From IMG/VR virus record IMGVR_UViG_3300028048_000076: 64,000 nt of DNA; one strand, given 5' to 3'. Both the position numbers and the translations under genes were made by a program. The notes under the pieces were generated by a model, which saw nothing but the letters and a program-made list of their open reading frames with translations, searched no databases and was not told where the DNA came from. Origin of the DNA: a virus. Its lineage: Duplodnaviria; Heunggongvirae; Uroviricota; Caudoviricetes. How positions within the stretch are numbered: position 1 is the first letter of the stretch; each line of letters begins with the position of its first letter. This document shows positions 27,722 to 38,565 of this stretch, piece by piece.

Positions 27722-29587
27722 ATGAATGTTTACAGTTCGGAAGGAAAAGTTTATAAAACAGCAAAAGTTGTAGATGAAGCATTTGGACTAAAGGCTAAAG
27801 GTAAAAATACAGTTAAAGAACAAAGAAATAAGATTATTGAAGAAAAAATCCCTGATATTAATGGGGTTGTATATTTCTACGATAAAGTAGAATGGCAGAA
27901 GTATATGATGGGAAATGGGATAAAAAGCGATGTTTTACCCACAACACTGACAGTTGCTAACAATAAAATTAAAGAATATGAAAAAATTTGCAAATTTTAT
28001 CAGAAATTTATTGATAATGTAAGCAATGTATCTCAAAAAATTATTGATGAACAGCTTAGATGGCAGGACTTGTGGTTAGAAGAAGCAAAAAAGATTTATG
28101 TATTCCCTACAGAAAATGAGAAAGCTGAACAACCAACAGTTGAAATGCCTGTTACTGAACCTAAACAAGAAATTATTGAACTGCCACAAGTGGAATCTGT
28201 AGAAAAGTCAAAAAAGACTTTGAATGAAGCAGAACAATATTTTTATGATGTTATTTCTAAAGAGGGCGATAAATTTCTAAATGATGATTTTATGAAAAAA
28301 ATCGGTGGCGAAAATTATGAATTGTATGCTCAACTTACCAAAGAACAAAAATTAAAGCTTATGTTTAACGTCAAAAGCAAACAGTTGTTTTCTGATTATG
28401 AAAACAATGAAGACTGGGATGAAACAAAAGATATTAATGAATTTGACGAAGAACAATGGAAAATTGACCATGCAAAGAAATTGGCAGAGTTTCAAAAAAA
28501 ACAAGAAGCTAAAAAGATTGCTGAAGAACAAAAAAAGAAAGAAGAGCCACAAGAATTGCCTATACCTGAATTATCAGTAGAAGCATATCGTTTGGAAATT
28601 GAAATTTGTCGAGACACAAAACGATTGAAACAAATTGCAGAAATTTGTGATGGTGTTCTTGCAAAATGTACGCACAATCGTAAAATTCGAGAAAAGAATT
28701 ATCAAGGAACTGAAGATTTACGAGTTGTAGAATATGATGCAAGAGAAATTCAGCAGATGGCAATGAAACAGTTGGATAATTTGCAGAATCCGCAGATTGA
28801 AGAACCACAGCAGATTGAATTTCATTGGAGTGCTTCGGATAAATTTGTAAATGAAATGTGGTTGAAAGAAATTTCGTCTTATGATGAAATGATGTGTCGT
28901 ATGGCAAAAGAAGCTCACGAAAAGGATTTACAGCGTTATAATGAAGCATTGGAACAGGGTACAAATCGTGAAACTGAATTTAAAGCAAAAAAAGCTTTTG
29001 AAGAACAATATCTTGCAGAGCTTGCCAAACATGAAAAAAGTCTAGTTGAAAAACGGATTGAATTTAATACTGATTATGAATGCCGTAAATTTGGGTTTGA
29101 TGAATTTGAGACTCAAAAAAATAAGCTTGAACAAATTTTGAAAAATGTTCAAATGATGAAAATTGATGCGACAAATGTAGACAAAGTTAAAATCTCGATT
29201 CGTGCACATGAAAAACAAATGGAAAAAGATTTGATGGAGTATAAGGATAGTATTACTCCTGATGGAATTGTCTATAATAAATATGCTCTTGCAATGAGAT
29301 ATAGAATTGTCAATATTGCAAAAGGTAAACTTAAAGCTTATAATAGTGGTGAGGATTACGTAGAAGAAAAACCACAAGGTAAAGAATTGAAAGCTGTTTA
29401 TTCGCTTGAAGATACCTTGTTTAAACTTACACATGGTGGTACAACCGCAACAAGTGATTTGCAGTATATGAAAGATAGATTCTTGAAAAAGATTCAGGAA
29501 AAAGATTATCAGGTAAGCTATCAGTTTATCGCACTTATGTGTGTAGGTTATCGTGTGGTAATGGCACATTTGGATTCGCAGTTTTAA
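27722..29587 (+). CDS. hypothetical coiled-coil protein
   Basis: ATG 27722 with AAGAGGAAAA ribosome-binding site. The ORF-track start at 27674 lies inside the upstream terminator hairpin. About 621 aa, Lys/Glu-rich. Confidence 0.5.
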   Translation: MNVYSSEGKVYKTAKVVDEAFGLKAKGKNTVKEQRNKIIEEKIPDINGVVYFYDKVEWQKYMMGNGIKSDVLPTTLTVANNKIKEYEKICKFYQKFIDNVSNVSQKIIDEQLRWQDLWLEEAKKIYVFPTENEKAEQPTVEMPVTEPKQEIIELPQVESVEKSKKTLNEAEQYFYDVISKEGDKFLNDDFMKKIGGENYELYAQLTKEQKLKLMFNVKSKQLFSDYENNEDWDETKDINEFDEEQWKIDHAKKLAEFQKKQEAKKIAEEQKKKEEPQELPIPELSVEAYRLEIEICRDTKRLKQIAEICDGVLAKCTHNRKIREKNYQGTEDLRVVEYDAREIQQMAMKQLDNLQNPQIEEPQQIEFHWSASDKFVNEMWLKEISSYDEMMCRMAKEAHEKDLQRYNEALEQGTNRETEFKAKKAFEEQYLAELAKHEKSLVEKRIEFNTDYECRKFGFDEFETQKNKLEQILKNVQMMKIDATNVDKVKISIRAHEKQMEKDLMEYKDSITPDGIVYNKYALAMRYRIVNIAKGKLKAYNSGEDYVEEKPQGKELKAVYSLEDTLFKLTHGGTTATSDLQYMKDRFLKKIQEKDYQVSYQFIALMCVGYRVVMAHLDSQF

Positions 29588-29600
29588 ACGGAGGTAAAAA

Positions 29601-30734
29601 ATGAAAATTGTTTGCTTTGCAGATACACATGCAGGTGTAAAAAACTATGGACGAATTGATAAAGAAACAGGTATGAATGAGCGAGAAGTACAAACGCTCA
29701 AACTTCTTGATGAAACTGTAAACTATGCAATTAACAATAAAGCCGATTGTGTAGTTTTTGCAGGGGATATGTACCACAAAAATATGCCCTCCCCTACTCT
29801 CGTAAATGGTGTGAATGAAGTAATGGTAAAATTGTCTACAAATGGGATTCGTACATTTGTTCTTGACGGAAATCATGATGTGTCAAAAATGGAAACGTTC
29901 GATTCAGGTTTGAAACAGTTTGATACATTAAACATTCCATATTTTACACATAGTCGTTTTTATCAAGAAGAACTTTTTAATTGTAATGGTAATACATATA
30001 GATTTGTATTTTTACCTACATATCATACTAAAGATGAAATTGAAGAATATATGAATAAAGTGGATGATAAATATCCTACATTCATTATTTTTCATGGTTC
30101 TATTAAAGACGCTATGTTAAACGATTGGAATTCTATGGATGGAAAAACTTCAATTGATAAGGAAGTTTTTAATAAGCCAAACGTTTTGGCTGTAATTATG
30201 GGTCATTTCCATAAACATCAGATTCTGAATGAAAAACCACTTGTTTTTTACACAGGGTCTACAAATCGAATTGACTTTACTGAAGAAAAACAGAAAAAAG
30301 GTTTTGTGGAATTGATTGTTGATGATGCCACTTTAGAAACCAAATATAAATTCGTTGAATTGTCAAACGCACAAAAGTTCAAGACCATTCAGGTAGATTG
30401 TACTGATATGTCTACTGCTGAAGAAATTGAAAAAGTGTTGATTAAAGAAATTAACAATACTGATTTGAAAGATGCTATTCTGAGAATTCGATTAAATATG
30501 ACAGAAAATGTTATTGTTGATGAAAAGAAAATTCTTGAAACAGCATATAATAACGGTATCTATTATATGTTAAAAATTCAAAAAATCTTGCCTAATGTTG
30601 AAAGCATTGTTGAAGATGGTATTAGTAATATGCTTTCCATTCAAGATTCGTTGGAAAAATATTTTGACGGAGCAAAACGCAAAACCGAAAGAGTAGCATT
30701 AGGTATGGAGATTGTTAAAGAGGTGGACGAATAA
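29601..30734 (+). CDS. sbcD: SbcD/Mre11-family nuclease
   Basis: Calcineurin-like phosphoesterase motifs are present: FADTHAG, AGDMYH, LDGNHD and GHFHKHQ. gp47-like. Confidence 0.8.
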   Translation: MKIVCFADTHAGVKNYGRIDKETGMNEREVQTLKLLDETVNYAINNKADCVVFAGDMYHKNMPSPTLVNGVNEVMVKLSTNGIRTFVLDGNHDVSKMETFDSGLKQFDTLNIPYFTHSRFYQEELFNCNGNTYRFVFLPTYHTKDEIEEYMNKVDDKYPTFIIFHGSIKDAMLNDWNSMDGKTSIDKEVFNKPNVLAVIMGHFHKHQILNEKPLVFYTGSTNRIDFTEEKQKKGFVELIVDDATLETKYKFVELSNAQKFKTIQVDCTDMSTAEEIEKVLIKEINNTDLKDAILRIRLNMTENVIVDEKKILETAYNNGIYYMLKIQKILPNVESIVEDGISNMLSIQDSLEKYFDGAKRKTERVALGMEIVKEVDE

Positions 30735-31135
30735 TGTATGTGAAACCTGTACAATGCTCTTTGTACACGTATTACGGCACATTGACTCATGCAGGAGAAA
30801 TTGCCAACATTCTTAGAAATAAGAAAATGACGAAGGATGATTTTTATGCTTATGTTAGCAAAGCAGGATTAACATATCGCAATATTGCGGATGAAGACCG
30901 TTCAAAGGAAATCATCATTGGTAAAATGTTGGATTATTATCCTGATTTTGTGGCAATGAAAATCAAACATACTGCTGATGGAATTAAAATGTCACATTTA
31001 AACAAAGCTCCTGTTAAAATGAAATTAACACAAGAAGAAGAATTGAAGGTCAATCAGGCGTTGCTTGGATTAGGGTTTTTCCCTGACTGTGGATATTATA
31101 TGTTCCATAGCTATTCTTCAAAAATTATCAAGTAA
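30734..31135 (+). CDS. hypothetical protein
   Basis: 133 aa. Start overlaps the sbcD stop codon (taATG). Confidence 0.45.
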   Translation: MYVKPVQCSLYTYYGTLTHAGEIANILRNKKMTKDDFYAYVSKAGLTYRNIADEDRSKEIIIGKMLDYYPDFVAMKIKHTADGIKMSHLNKAPVKMKLTQEEELKVNQALLGLGFFPDCGYYMFHSYSSKIIK

Positions 31136-31149
31136 GGACTAATCATTAA

Positions 31150-31452
31150 GCATCAAAAAATATACGCAAGTATTCTTAAACATACTTAAAAAGTGGACAT
31201 TTATCTTTTTGGTATGGCTTGATGATTGGTTTCAAGCTTTAGTGACTACGGCTGACGAAAGTCAGACCGTAGGATGAACTGTGTTAGATGGATAAGGTAA
31301 AAACTCACCTTCGGATGTACTTTCAGTCTGTCGCTCTGAGAACTCCAATCAAGAAACATTGCTAATGTCCTGCAATGATAACAGAGAAAAGTATGACCTC
31401 CCATTTGACTTTGGCAAGAAGGAAAATTCCGTAGAAATACGAGGTAACAGAA
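31150..31452 (+). ncRNA. putative IscB omega-RNA
   Basis: GC-richer, ORF-free region ending at the iscB ribosome-binding site. Contains multiple stems, for example ctacggctgac-gaaa-gtcagaccgtag. Its position 5' of iscB matches known OMEGA architecture. Confidence 0.5.
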
Positions 31453-32685
31453 ATGTTAAAAGAATATTCATTTGTTTTGGATGAAAAAGGTCAGAAATTA
31501 GACCCAACAATTATTCAAAACGCTTGGCGATTAATTCGCCAAAAGAAAGCAAAATTAATTTCCAAATTTCCAATGGTAATACAATTAAATAAGGTTGTTG
31601 AAAATCCTAATAAAGATGAAATTTATTTAGGAATTGATGATGGTGCTGTTCATGTTGGTATTGCTCTTGTTCAAAAATGTTTAACGAAAAACAAAGTCCT
31701 TTTTAAAGGTGTAATTGAACAACGAAAAGATGTTCATAAACTCATGGAACAAAGGAGAAATTATCGTAGATACCATCGGTATCATAAATGGTATAGACCT
31801 CAGAGATTTAATAATCGTTCTTCATCTAAAAGAAAAGGACGGTTAGCACCGTCAATTCTACAGAAGAAACAAGCTATTGTTAGAGTTGTTGACAGGTTGT
31901 TGCAATGGATAAAAATCAATCAAATCCATTTAGAGGATGTAAAAATTGATATTAGAGCATTAACAGATGGATATAAGCCATACAAATGGCAATATCAAAA
32001 ATCTAATCGTTTAGATGAAAATCTTAGAGTCGCAACAATTCTTCGTGACGGATGTTGTATGGAATGTGGTAAATCAAATACCAATTTTGAAGTACATCAC
32101 ATCACACCAAGAAAAAATGGTGGCAGTGATACATTGAGTAATTTGATTACTCTTTGTCCAAAATGTCATCAAAAAACTTTTGGTAGAGAAGAACAGTTTT
32201 CTGATAAATATTATTCTTTGATTGATGGTAAGAATTTACGAGAATTAAAATATGCTCAACATGTCATGCAAGGTAAAACATGGTTACATAATGAATTATC
32301 TAAACGTAGTGATTTAATTTTAACTACAGGTTGTGATACTGCAAACAAGAGAATTGATTGGGATATTGAAAAATCTCATTCTAACGATGCTGTTTGCATA
32401 ACTGATTTAAAACCTGAAAATGTTGATATTTTGGAATATACAATTAAACCAATGCGTAGACAAAGCAAAGCAAAAACGGATAATGTTTTAGGTATCAAAC
32501 ATAGGGACTTGGTTTGTTATACATATCGTAATGGTGAAAAACATACAGGATATGTAACAGCTTTGTATTCAGAATTAAATGCGATTAATTTTCAAAGTCC
32601 AACAAAACATTGTAAAAAAATTAATGCGAAAAAATGTAAGTTGCTTTGGAGATTTAATAAGGTATATTGGTTAAAATGTGTATGA
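31453..32685 (+). CDS. iscB: IscB (OMEGA RNA-guided nuclease; PLMP-RuvC-I-bridge helix-RuvC-II-HNH-RuvC-III)
   Basis: PLMP-like N-terminus [16 protein letters not shown]...PMVIQL. RuvC-I is [15 protein letters not shown]. The Arg-rich bridge helix is [22 protein letters not shown]...LAPS. HNH is [32 protein letters not shown]. RuvC-III is HSNDAVCI. Confidence 0.85.
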   Translation: MLKEYSFVLDEKGQKLDPTIIQNAWRLIRQKKAKLISKFPMVIQLNKVVENPNKDEIYLGIDDGAVHVGIALVQKCLTKNKVLFKGVIEQRKDVHKLMEQRRNYRRYHRYHKWYRPQRFNNRSSSKRKGRLAPSILQKKQAIVRVVDRLLQWIKINQIHLEDVKIDIRALTDGYKPYKWQYQKSNRLDENLRVATILRDGCCMECGKSNTNFEVHHITPRKNGGSDTLSNLITLCPKCHQKTFGREEQFSDKYYSLIDGKNLRELKYAQHVMQGKTWLHNELSKRSDLILTTGCDTANKRIDWDIEKSHSNDAVCITDLKPENVDILEYTIKPMRRQSKAKTDNVLGIKHRDLVCYTYRNGEKHTGYVTALYSELNAINFQSPTKHCKKINAKKCKLLWRFNKVYWLKCV

Positions 32686-32734
32686 AATGTACTTTTGTAC
32701 ACATTTATCTATGTTTTAGTAAGGAGGAAATGTC

Positions 32735-34798
32735 TTGTTACCTAAGTATCTTAAAGTAAAAGGGTTTCGTAGTTATATAGATACAGAAATTAATTTTTCT
32801 GATTTTGGACAGATGTTCAGTGTGATGGGGCAGAATGGTGCAGGTAAGAGTTCCATTATTGAAATGATTACTACTGCGTTATATTGGTGCAATTCTTGTA
32901 CTGATTCCAAAGGTGCAGGGATGGATGAATGTATCAATATGGATTGTGACCATTTTGAAATTGAATTCTGTTTCGTTATGAATGGGATTGAATATATCAT
33001 TATAACCAAAAAGTATCGTGGTGAAAGTCGAGAACTTGAATTTTATATTGATGGTGTCAATCAATCCGAAAAAGTAACAGAAACACAGGAAAAGATAAAT
33101 TCTGTTTTAAAAATGGATTATAATACATTCCTTGATACAGTTTGTATTGGACAGGGTAAGTCTAGCCGTTTTATGTCTAAAAAACCTGCTGAACGTAAGC
33201 AGACGTTAATGCAGATTCTTGATGTTCAGAAATATGAACAGTATGAAAAAATGGCAAAAGAACAGAAGAAATCTGTCAAAGAACAGATGGAAGCCATTGA
33301 GTATAAAATTAATCTGCTTGATTCGGAAGAAATTAACGAAGAATTGATTAATGCAGACGTTCAACGAAATGAAAATCAAATTGAAACTTATAAAAAAGAA
33401 CTTTCTGAATTAAATACAGCTCTTGAAAAAGAATTGGAAGAAAAGGCAAAATACAAGTCTATTATTGATTTGAACAATAACACAAAGACTTTAAAAACAA
33501 CGGCAAATAGAAATTACGAAAGTTCACTAGAACGCATTAAACAGGCAGAATCGAAAAAGAAAAAAATCAGTGAGCAACCCATGCCCAATGAAGATGCTTA
33601 CAAAAAAGAAGCAATTGAATTAAAAAAACAATATGAAGAAAATGATTCAAAACTTAATGAATTGAAAGAAGAAATTCATAAGGTAAAAACACAAGCAACG
33701 ATTCATCAGAATTATATCAATGATTACCGTAAACAGTTTGAGGATTTTAAATCTTATAATAAGGCTGTATGTGAATTGTGTGGTAATGAGATTACTGAGG
33801 AACATAAAGAATCTCATTTGAAAAAGATTATGGCACAAGCAAAAGAACACAGTGTCAAGAAAAAATCATTTTTAGCAACAGCAGAGACTTTGACAGAAAA
33901 AGCGACTGAATTAAGTGCTAAAAATCGTGAGATTCGTGAAAGAATTGATTTTTGCAAAGAACAAATTCATTTAGCAAGGTTGCAAAAAAGTCAATATGAT
34001 GATATAATAAGAATGGTAGAATCGCTCAATGAAATGTTTGAAGAAGCAAAAAAACAGAAAGAGCAAGCTGACAAAATGGAAATTTTAAATGTAGAAGAAA
34101 AAGATTTCTGTGATGGTCAGATTAAAATGCAGATTTCTGAGAAAGAATCTCAAATTATGGATTTGACAACGGAAAATGTTCGTTTGCAAGAAAAGGTTAG
34201 TAATTACGCAAAGAACAAAATTCAGTTGGAAGAATTGCAAAAACAGTATGTTGAACTAAAACAGAAGCATACAGATTTGACAGCGGTTGCTACAGCATTT
34301 GGTAAATCAGGCATCCCTGCATCAATTATTGCCCATGATATTCCTGAAATGGAATCAGAAACGAATAAGATTCTGAAAGTTATTTCTAATGATTCTATGT
34401 CAATTCAGTTTATTACATCAAAGAAAACAGCAAACGGAAAACGTTCTGTAGATACTTTGGAAATTGTAGTAAATGATATGAATGGTACAAGACCTTATGA
34501 AACCTATTCAGGTGGTGAAAAGTTTAGAATTGATTTTGCTTGCCATATTGGTATGGCAAAATTCCTTACTAAACGTGCAGGAGCAAGTATTGACTTCCTT
34601 ATTATTGATGAAGGTTTGGGAAGTCAGGACGATTTTGCAAAACAGAAGTTTATTGAGAGCATTAATTCTTTGAAAGGTCTGTTTAAGCAAATTATGGTTA
34701 TTACACATATTCAAGATTTGCAGAATGCATTTGAAAATCGTGTGCTTGTTGAAAAAGACCAATTGAGTGGTTCAAAGGTTGAATTGATGGAGGTATAA
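32735..34798 (+). CDS. sbcC: SbcC/Rad50-family ATPase
   Basis: TTG start with AGGAGG ribosome-binding site. Walker A is GQNGAGKSS. Long coiled-coil region. Signature motif YSGGEKF, Walker B FLIIDEG and H-loop VITHIQ are present. Confidence 0.85.
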   Translation: MLPKYLKVKGFRSYIDTEINFSDFGQMFSVMGQNGAGKSSIIEMITTALYWCNSCTDSKGAGMDECINMDCDHFEIEFCFVMNGIEYIIITKKYRGESRELEFYIDGVNQSEKVTETQEKINSVLKMDYNTFLDTVCIGQGKSSRFMSKKPAERKQTLMQILDVQKYEQYEKMAKEQKKSVKEQMEAIEYKINLLDSEEINEELINADVQRNENQIETYKKELSELNTALEKELEEKAKYKSIIDLNNNTKTLKTTANRNYESSLERIKQAESKKKKISEQPMPNEDAYKKEAIELKKQYEENDSKLNELKEEIHKVKTQATIHQNYINDYRKQFEDFKSYNKAVCELCGNEITEEHKESHLKKIMAQAKEHSVKKKSFLATAETLTEKATELSAKNREIRERIDFCKEQIHLARLQKSQYDDIIRMVESLNEMFEEAKKQKEQADKMEILNVEEKDFCDGQIKMQISEKESQIMDLTTENVRLQEKVSNYAKNKIQLEELQKQYVELKQKHTDLTAVATAFGKSGIPASIIAHDIPEMESETNKILKVISNDSMSIQFITSKKTANGKRSVDTLEIVVNDMNGTRPYETYSGGEKFRIDFACHIGMAKFLTKRAGASIDFLIIDEGLGSQDDFAKQKFIESINSLKGLFKQIMVITHIQDLQNAFENRVLVEKDQLSGSKVELMEV

Positions 34799-34800
34799 AA

Positions 34801-35019
34801 ATGAAATTTGCTAAATATTATCAATATGTTTGTTTGCTTTTGACTTTTGTAAGTATGTTTCATGTCTTGTATGACCTTATTTTTTATGACATTGAAACAA
34901 TAACAGTTGTGGCTGTATTTTGTACCAATGCTCTCAATTTGATGGTTGCAAATTGTTTGGTTCAGAATGAACGCCATAAAGAAATCATGCTTGTATTGAA
35001 GTCAGAGGGAAAAGAATGA
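34801..35019 (+). CDS. small membrane protein
   Basis: 72-aa hydrophobic ORF. An adjacent 51-aa hydrophobic ORF at 35016..35171 is also plausible. Confidence 0.35.
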   Translation: MKFAKYYQYVCLLLTFVSMFHVLYDLIFYDIETITVVAVFCTNALNLMVANCLVQNERHKEIMLVLKSEGKE

Positions 35020-35199
35020 CATATTTTCAAAGATTCCTTGTTAATGCATTTCCTTTAATTTTGTTTTTTTTCATGTGTATGGTTTCTGCATTTACAGGTT
35101 ATGAATTTTTTAGTGGTATTTGGGGAGTATTTTCCATGTTATCCATCATATATTGGTACGAGATAAATTAAATGTTATATTTTAAAAGGAGATTTAATT

Positions 35200-35868
35200 A
35201 TGCAGATTGAAGAATCTTGGGATGAAATTGATGTAAAACCGACTAAGACTAAAAAGAAAGAACAGTCTTATGACCGAGTTGTAGATGAACTTGACGAAGA
35301 ATACAAAGACAAAAATTGTTCTTTTGCAGATGTAGAAATCATTGCTCGTTCTGCATTGAAAGCTCTTCCGAAATTGGATTTTAATCGACTTCGTGTAGAA
35401 ATGGATAATATGGACGTTGCAGTTTATGAAAATCCAACTACTTTTCAGCTTACGGAATCAATGGCAAAAGTACAAGGGTACAAAAACCGTTTGGCAGAAA
35501 TTTCCTCTCTTGTTGAACATGAGTATATTACACGTAAACGTGTAAATGATATTTTGTTTGATGCAAATCAGGCAATCTCTAAGCAGAGTTCCGCAGATAA
35601 GCGTAAGGGCGAAGCAACTCTTCGTTATCCTACCCTTTTGCTTAAATTGAGTTCGATTGAATCATTCCGTTTGGAAGTCAACAATACCATAAATAATATG
35701 CGGTCTATTGGAGAAACGCTTTCTCGACAGACAACAATTATGCAGATGCAGATTTCTCTTGGCGAATATCGCAAGAAATTGCCTGAGGAATTTAAAAAGC
35801 GTGGCGAAGGTGAAGACCAACTTGATTATAAATCAGGTGCTCCTGATTTAAATTGGATGGATGCTTAA
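35200..35868 (+). CDS. hypothetical protein
   Basis: 222-aa ORF with a ribosome-binding site. Confidence 0.5.
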   Translation: MQIEESWDEIDVKPTKTKKKEQSYDRVVDELDEEYKDKNCSFADVEIIARSALKALPKLDFNRLRVEMDNMDVAVYENPTTFQLTESMAKVQGYKNRLAEISSLVEHEYITRKRVNDILFDANQAISKQSSADKRKGEATLRYPTLLLKLSSIESFRLEVNNTINNMRSIGETLSRQTTIMQMQISLGEYRKKLPEEFKKRGEGEDQLDYKSGAPDLNWMDA

Positions 35869-35975
35869 CAGGAAATTCGTTATAATTCTTGTTTTGACTG
35901 TATAGAATAATATATCTCTTGTTAAAATTGTTTAACAAGAGATATATTTGTATTGTAAAATGTGAGGTGTGATAT

Positions 35976-36197
35976 ATGCTAAAATGGAAATTAAAAAATG
36001 TAATTTTGGTTTCATTGTTTTACATTTTTCTTTTTAAATGCATTATAGGATTATCTACTGTAATAGGTATTGCTCTTGCGTGGTCTTTGTCAATGATTGC
36101 AACAATAATAATAGATTATGTATTTGAGTTTGAGTTGTTCTTTGATGAAGAAGAAAACAGTTCGGATGAATATGATAGAGGGCCATTTTACATATGA
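35976..36197 (+). CDS. small membrane protein
   Basis: 73 aa with two predicted transmembrane segments and an acidic tail. Confidence 0.4.
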   Translation: MLKWKLKNVILVSLFYIFLFKCIIGLSTVIGIALAWSLSMIATIIIDYVFEFELFFDEEENSSDEYDRGPFYI

Positions 36198-36232
36198 ATG
36201 TTTGTTTTTTTAATTTTAGGAGCGTGATTTAA

Positions 36233-36793
36233 TTGATTTCTTTACCACAAACAATTAAGCAGATGATGAATAGTTTATCGCAAAAAGCAACACAATCTGC
36301 TTTAAAACTTGTAGAAACAAATTTAACGCAGACTATTCAAAAACAACAATTAACAATTGATAATTTGACAAGTGAATTGAAAGATTTAAAAAATCAGCTA
36401 TCTGATTTAAAAACAAATAATGCAACAACATCATCAATTTTAAATAAAATTGCAGATGAAAATGGTATGATAACTAACTCTGCTAAATTTGGTGATACAT
36501 TTGTACCTGCACATTGGGTTATTGGAAATGATTCTTTTGGGATTCATTTGGGTGACACAGGTAGTGACAAAGGATATGCAGATTTATTTACAACTGACAA
36601 TGGTGATGAACCGATATATGTATCGCAATATATAGGAGGTATGTGTGGAAATCCTATAGAAACTGTTGGGGACTCAAAGTATTTGTGCCATCGTATTACT
36701 CTAATGGATGGGGCAGGAAATCAGCATCTTAATTCTGTGTATGTCTCGCAAATTATTTTCCCTGATGGGACTGTAATGAAAACTGCACGATGA
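36233..36793 (+). CDS. hypothetical protein
   Basis: 186 aa. TTG start at 36233, or ATG at 36263. Confidence 0.45.
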   Translation: MISLPQTIKQMMNSLSQKATQSALKLVETNLTQTIQKQQLTIDNLTSELKDLKNQLSDLKTNNATTSSILNKIADENGMITNSAKFGDTFVPAHWVIGNDSFGIHLGDTGSDKGYADLFTTDNGDEPIYVSQYIGGMCGNPIETVGDSKYLCHRITLMDGAGNQHLNSVYVSQIIFPDGTVMKTAR

Positions 36794-36826
36794 TTAAAAA
36801 AAGGAGAATATTTTGTGAATTTTTTT

Positions 36827-36857
36827 GAGGAAGAGGTAATCACCTCTTCCCTTTTTA
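36827..36857 (+). terminator. rho-independent terminator
   Basis: Inverted repeat ggaagaggt/acctcttcc followed by a T-run. Confidence 0.65.
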
Positions 36858-36896
36858 GGTGAAATGTGTTATAATATGTAGGAGGTGGTGGGGAAA

Positions 36897-37958
36897 ATGA
36901 AGGTAACAAAACCTAGCGAAAAAGAAGTTACACGATTTTTTGAAGCAAGAATTGCAAAAGATGCAATTAGCAAAACGTTAGATAAAGCCAAATCGTTACA
37001 TTTGACAGAATCTGAATGTCAACCAATTATCATTAAACGATTTCAATTGGAAAAAGAATTTTTTGATTTAAAACAAGATTTGATTGCAAAATCAATAATC
37101 AATTCTAATTTGATTGATTTTCAAAACGGTTGGTATGGAATTATTGCACGGAATAAAGATAAAACGGAATTGTTAGTGTCTCCATTAACAAATATTAACG
37201 TTGATGATTTTATTTGCGATTTGAATGTTGGTGCGGTTAAACCAAAACAAGAGTATTTAGATTTGATGGTAGGGAAAATTGACAGCAATGCCCTTGCTGA
37301 TTATAAAACCCTCGTTTTTCGCAAACAAGATGAATATTTAAAGGAATTTTTTGATTGTGAGAACAAAATCATAAAAGATGATGAACAATTTCTTCTTACC
37401 TCACATTGTATTAGACGTTGGAAAGAACGGATTGTGAAAAATTCTGATTCTATGACTATGGATTTACGAAAACAATTTGTAGAAGAAATTTCACAATCAT
37501 TTAAAAATGCAAAATTTACATATCTTGGTAGCGGTGGAGATAAATACTTTCTTGATGAAGACAATATGGCATTTTTTGTGGTCACAACAGATAATGTAAT
37601 TGCTACATTGTGGCGTAACACCTATCAATTCCCAACAATGGAAATTGATAAAGTATGTACGCTTATGATTTTGTCTCATTTGCAAAAGAAAAAAGCTGAA
37701 TTTGAAGAATTTCAAAAAAAAGAAGCTGAAAAAATTGATAATATTTGCATTACAATAAAAAATCAGCAAGAAGTAATTGATGATATTGATAAACAGATTT
37801 CTGATTTGTGGGCAAAAAAATCTGATTGTGTAAAAAAGCAAGAAGAATTGAAACAACAAATTAAAGAATATCAAGACGAAATCAACAATGTTCGTAATGA
37901 CTTGCGAAAAGAAGAATCATTATTATTTAAACCGCATAAGGTGGTATTAGATGAATAA
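36897..37958 (+). CDS. hypothetical protein with C-terminal coiled coil
   Basis: ATG 36897 with GGAGGTGGTG ribosome-binding site. This is preferred over the ORF-track GTG start at 36885. Confidence 0.5.
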   Translation: MKVTKPSEKEVTRFFEARIAKDAISKTLDKAKSLHLTESECQPIIIKRFQLEKEFFDLKQDLIAKSIINSNLIDFQNGWYGIIARNKDKTELLVSPLTNINVDDFICDLNVGAVKPKQEYLDLMVGKIDSNALADYKTLVFRKQDEYLKEFFDCENKIIKDDEQFLLTSHCIRRWKERIVKNSDSMTMDLRKQFVEEISQSFKNAKFTYLGSGGDKYFLDEDNMAFFVVTTDNVIATLWRNTYQFPTMEIDKVCTLMILSHLQKKKAEFEEFQKKEAEKIDNICITIKNQQEVIDDIDKQISDLWAKKSDCVKKQEELKQQIKEYQDEINNVRNDLRKEESLLFKPHKVVLDE

Positions 37959-38565
37959 AACTTTTAAGGAAAAATTATATTATCGACAGCAACGAGCATA
38001 TCTTGGTTTAATGGTGAGTTTATATCATGACTATCCTCGTGAAATGAGTGTTGTAAAAAGACTCGGTGATTACAGTTTGGTGTTTTCTGCACTTGACAAA
38101 GATATTATTAAGAAAATTTGTGCTGTAGGTGTAAGGGCGGTTGTAAATTGCCCAAGACATATTCTTGAAACGCAAACTAAAGTTGTGTATGATACTTATT
38201 TTATTTCACATCTAGCGTTGAAATTTTTAAATGTATATGATTTAGTTAATTTGTTCCCTATTCATAAAGATTATAACGGTGAAAGGGACGGAGTTAAAGA
38301 TTATTTCTACGCTGTAAAATCAATTGAAAAATACAAAGACTATGAAGATTTTCTTGATATGGATGAAGAAGATTTTGAAATTCTTTTGAGCGATTTGCAT
38401 TCAAACATATTGTTTTCATATTTGTGTAAGCAATATGCTTTATCAAATATGTATGATAAAGTGATACAATCTATGTGTAGGGATTATTTTGAATCACATT
38501 TAAAAGAAAAATTCGCTACATTTAAAGTAATTCGAAAGGCAGGTGGAAACCGTGGCAGAAATTAA
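37951..38565 (+). CDS. hypothetical protein
   Basis: 204-aa ORF overlapping the previous gene by 8 nt. Confidence 0.45.
   Translation: MNKTFKEKLYYRQQRAYLGLMVSLYHDYPREMSVVKRLGDYSLVFSALDKDIIKKICAVGVRAVVNCPRHILETQTKVVYDTYFISHLALKFLNVYDLVNLFPIHKDYNGERDGVKDYFYAVKSIEKYKDYEDFLDMDEEDFEILLSDLHSNILFSYLCKQYALSNMYDKVIQSMCRDYFESHLKEKFATFKVIRKAGGNRGRN

Larger units (their letters stand above)
31136..32700 (+). mobile_element. IS200/IS605-family IscB element (omega-RNA + iscB, no tnpA) inserted between sbcD and sbcC
   Basis: A structured 317-nt intergenic RNA region is immediately followed by iscB. Boundaries are approximate. Confidence 0.5.
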
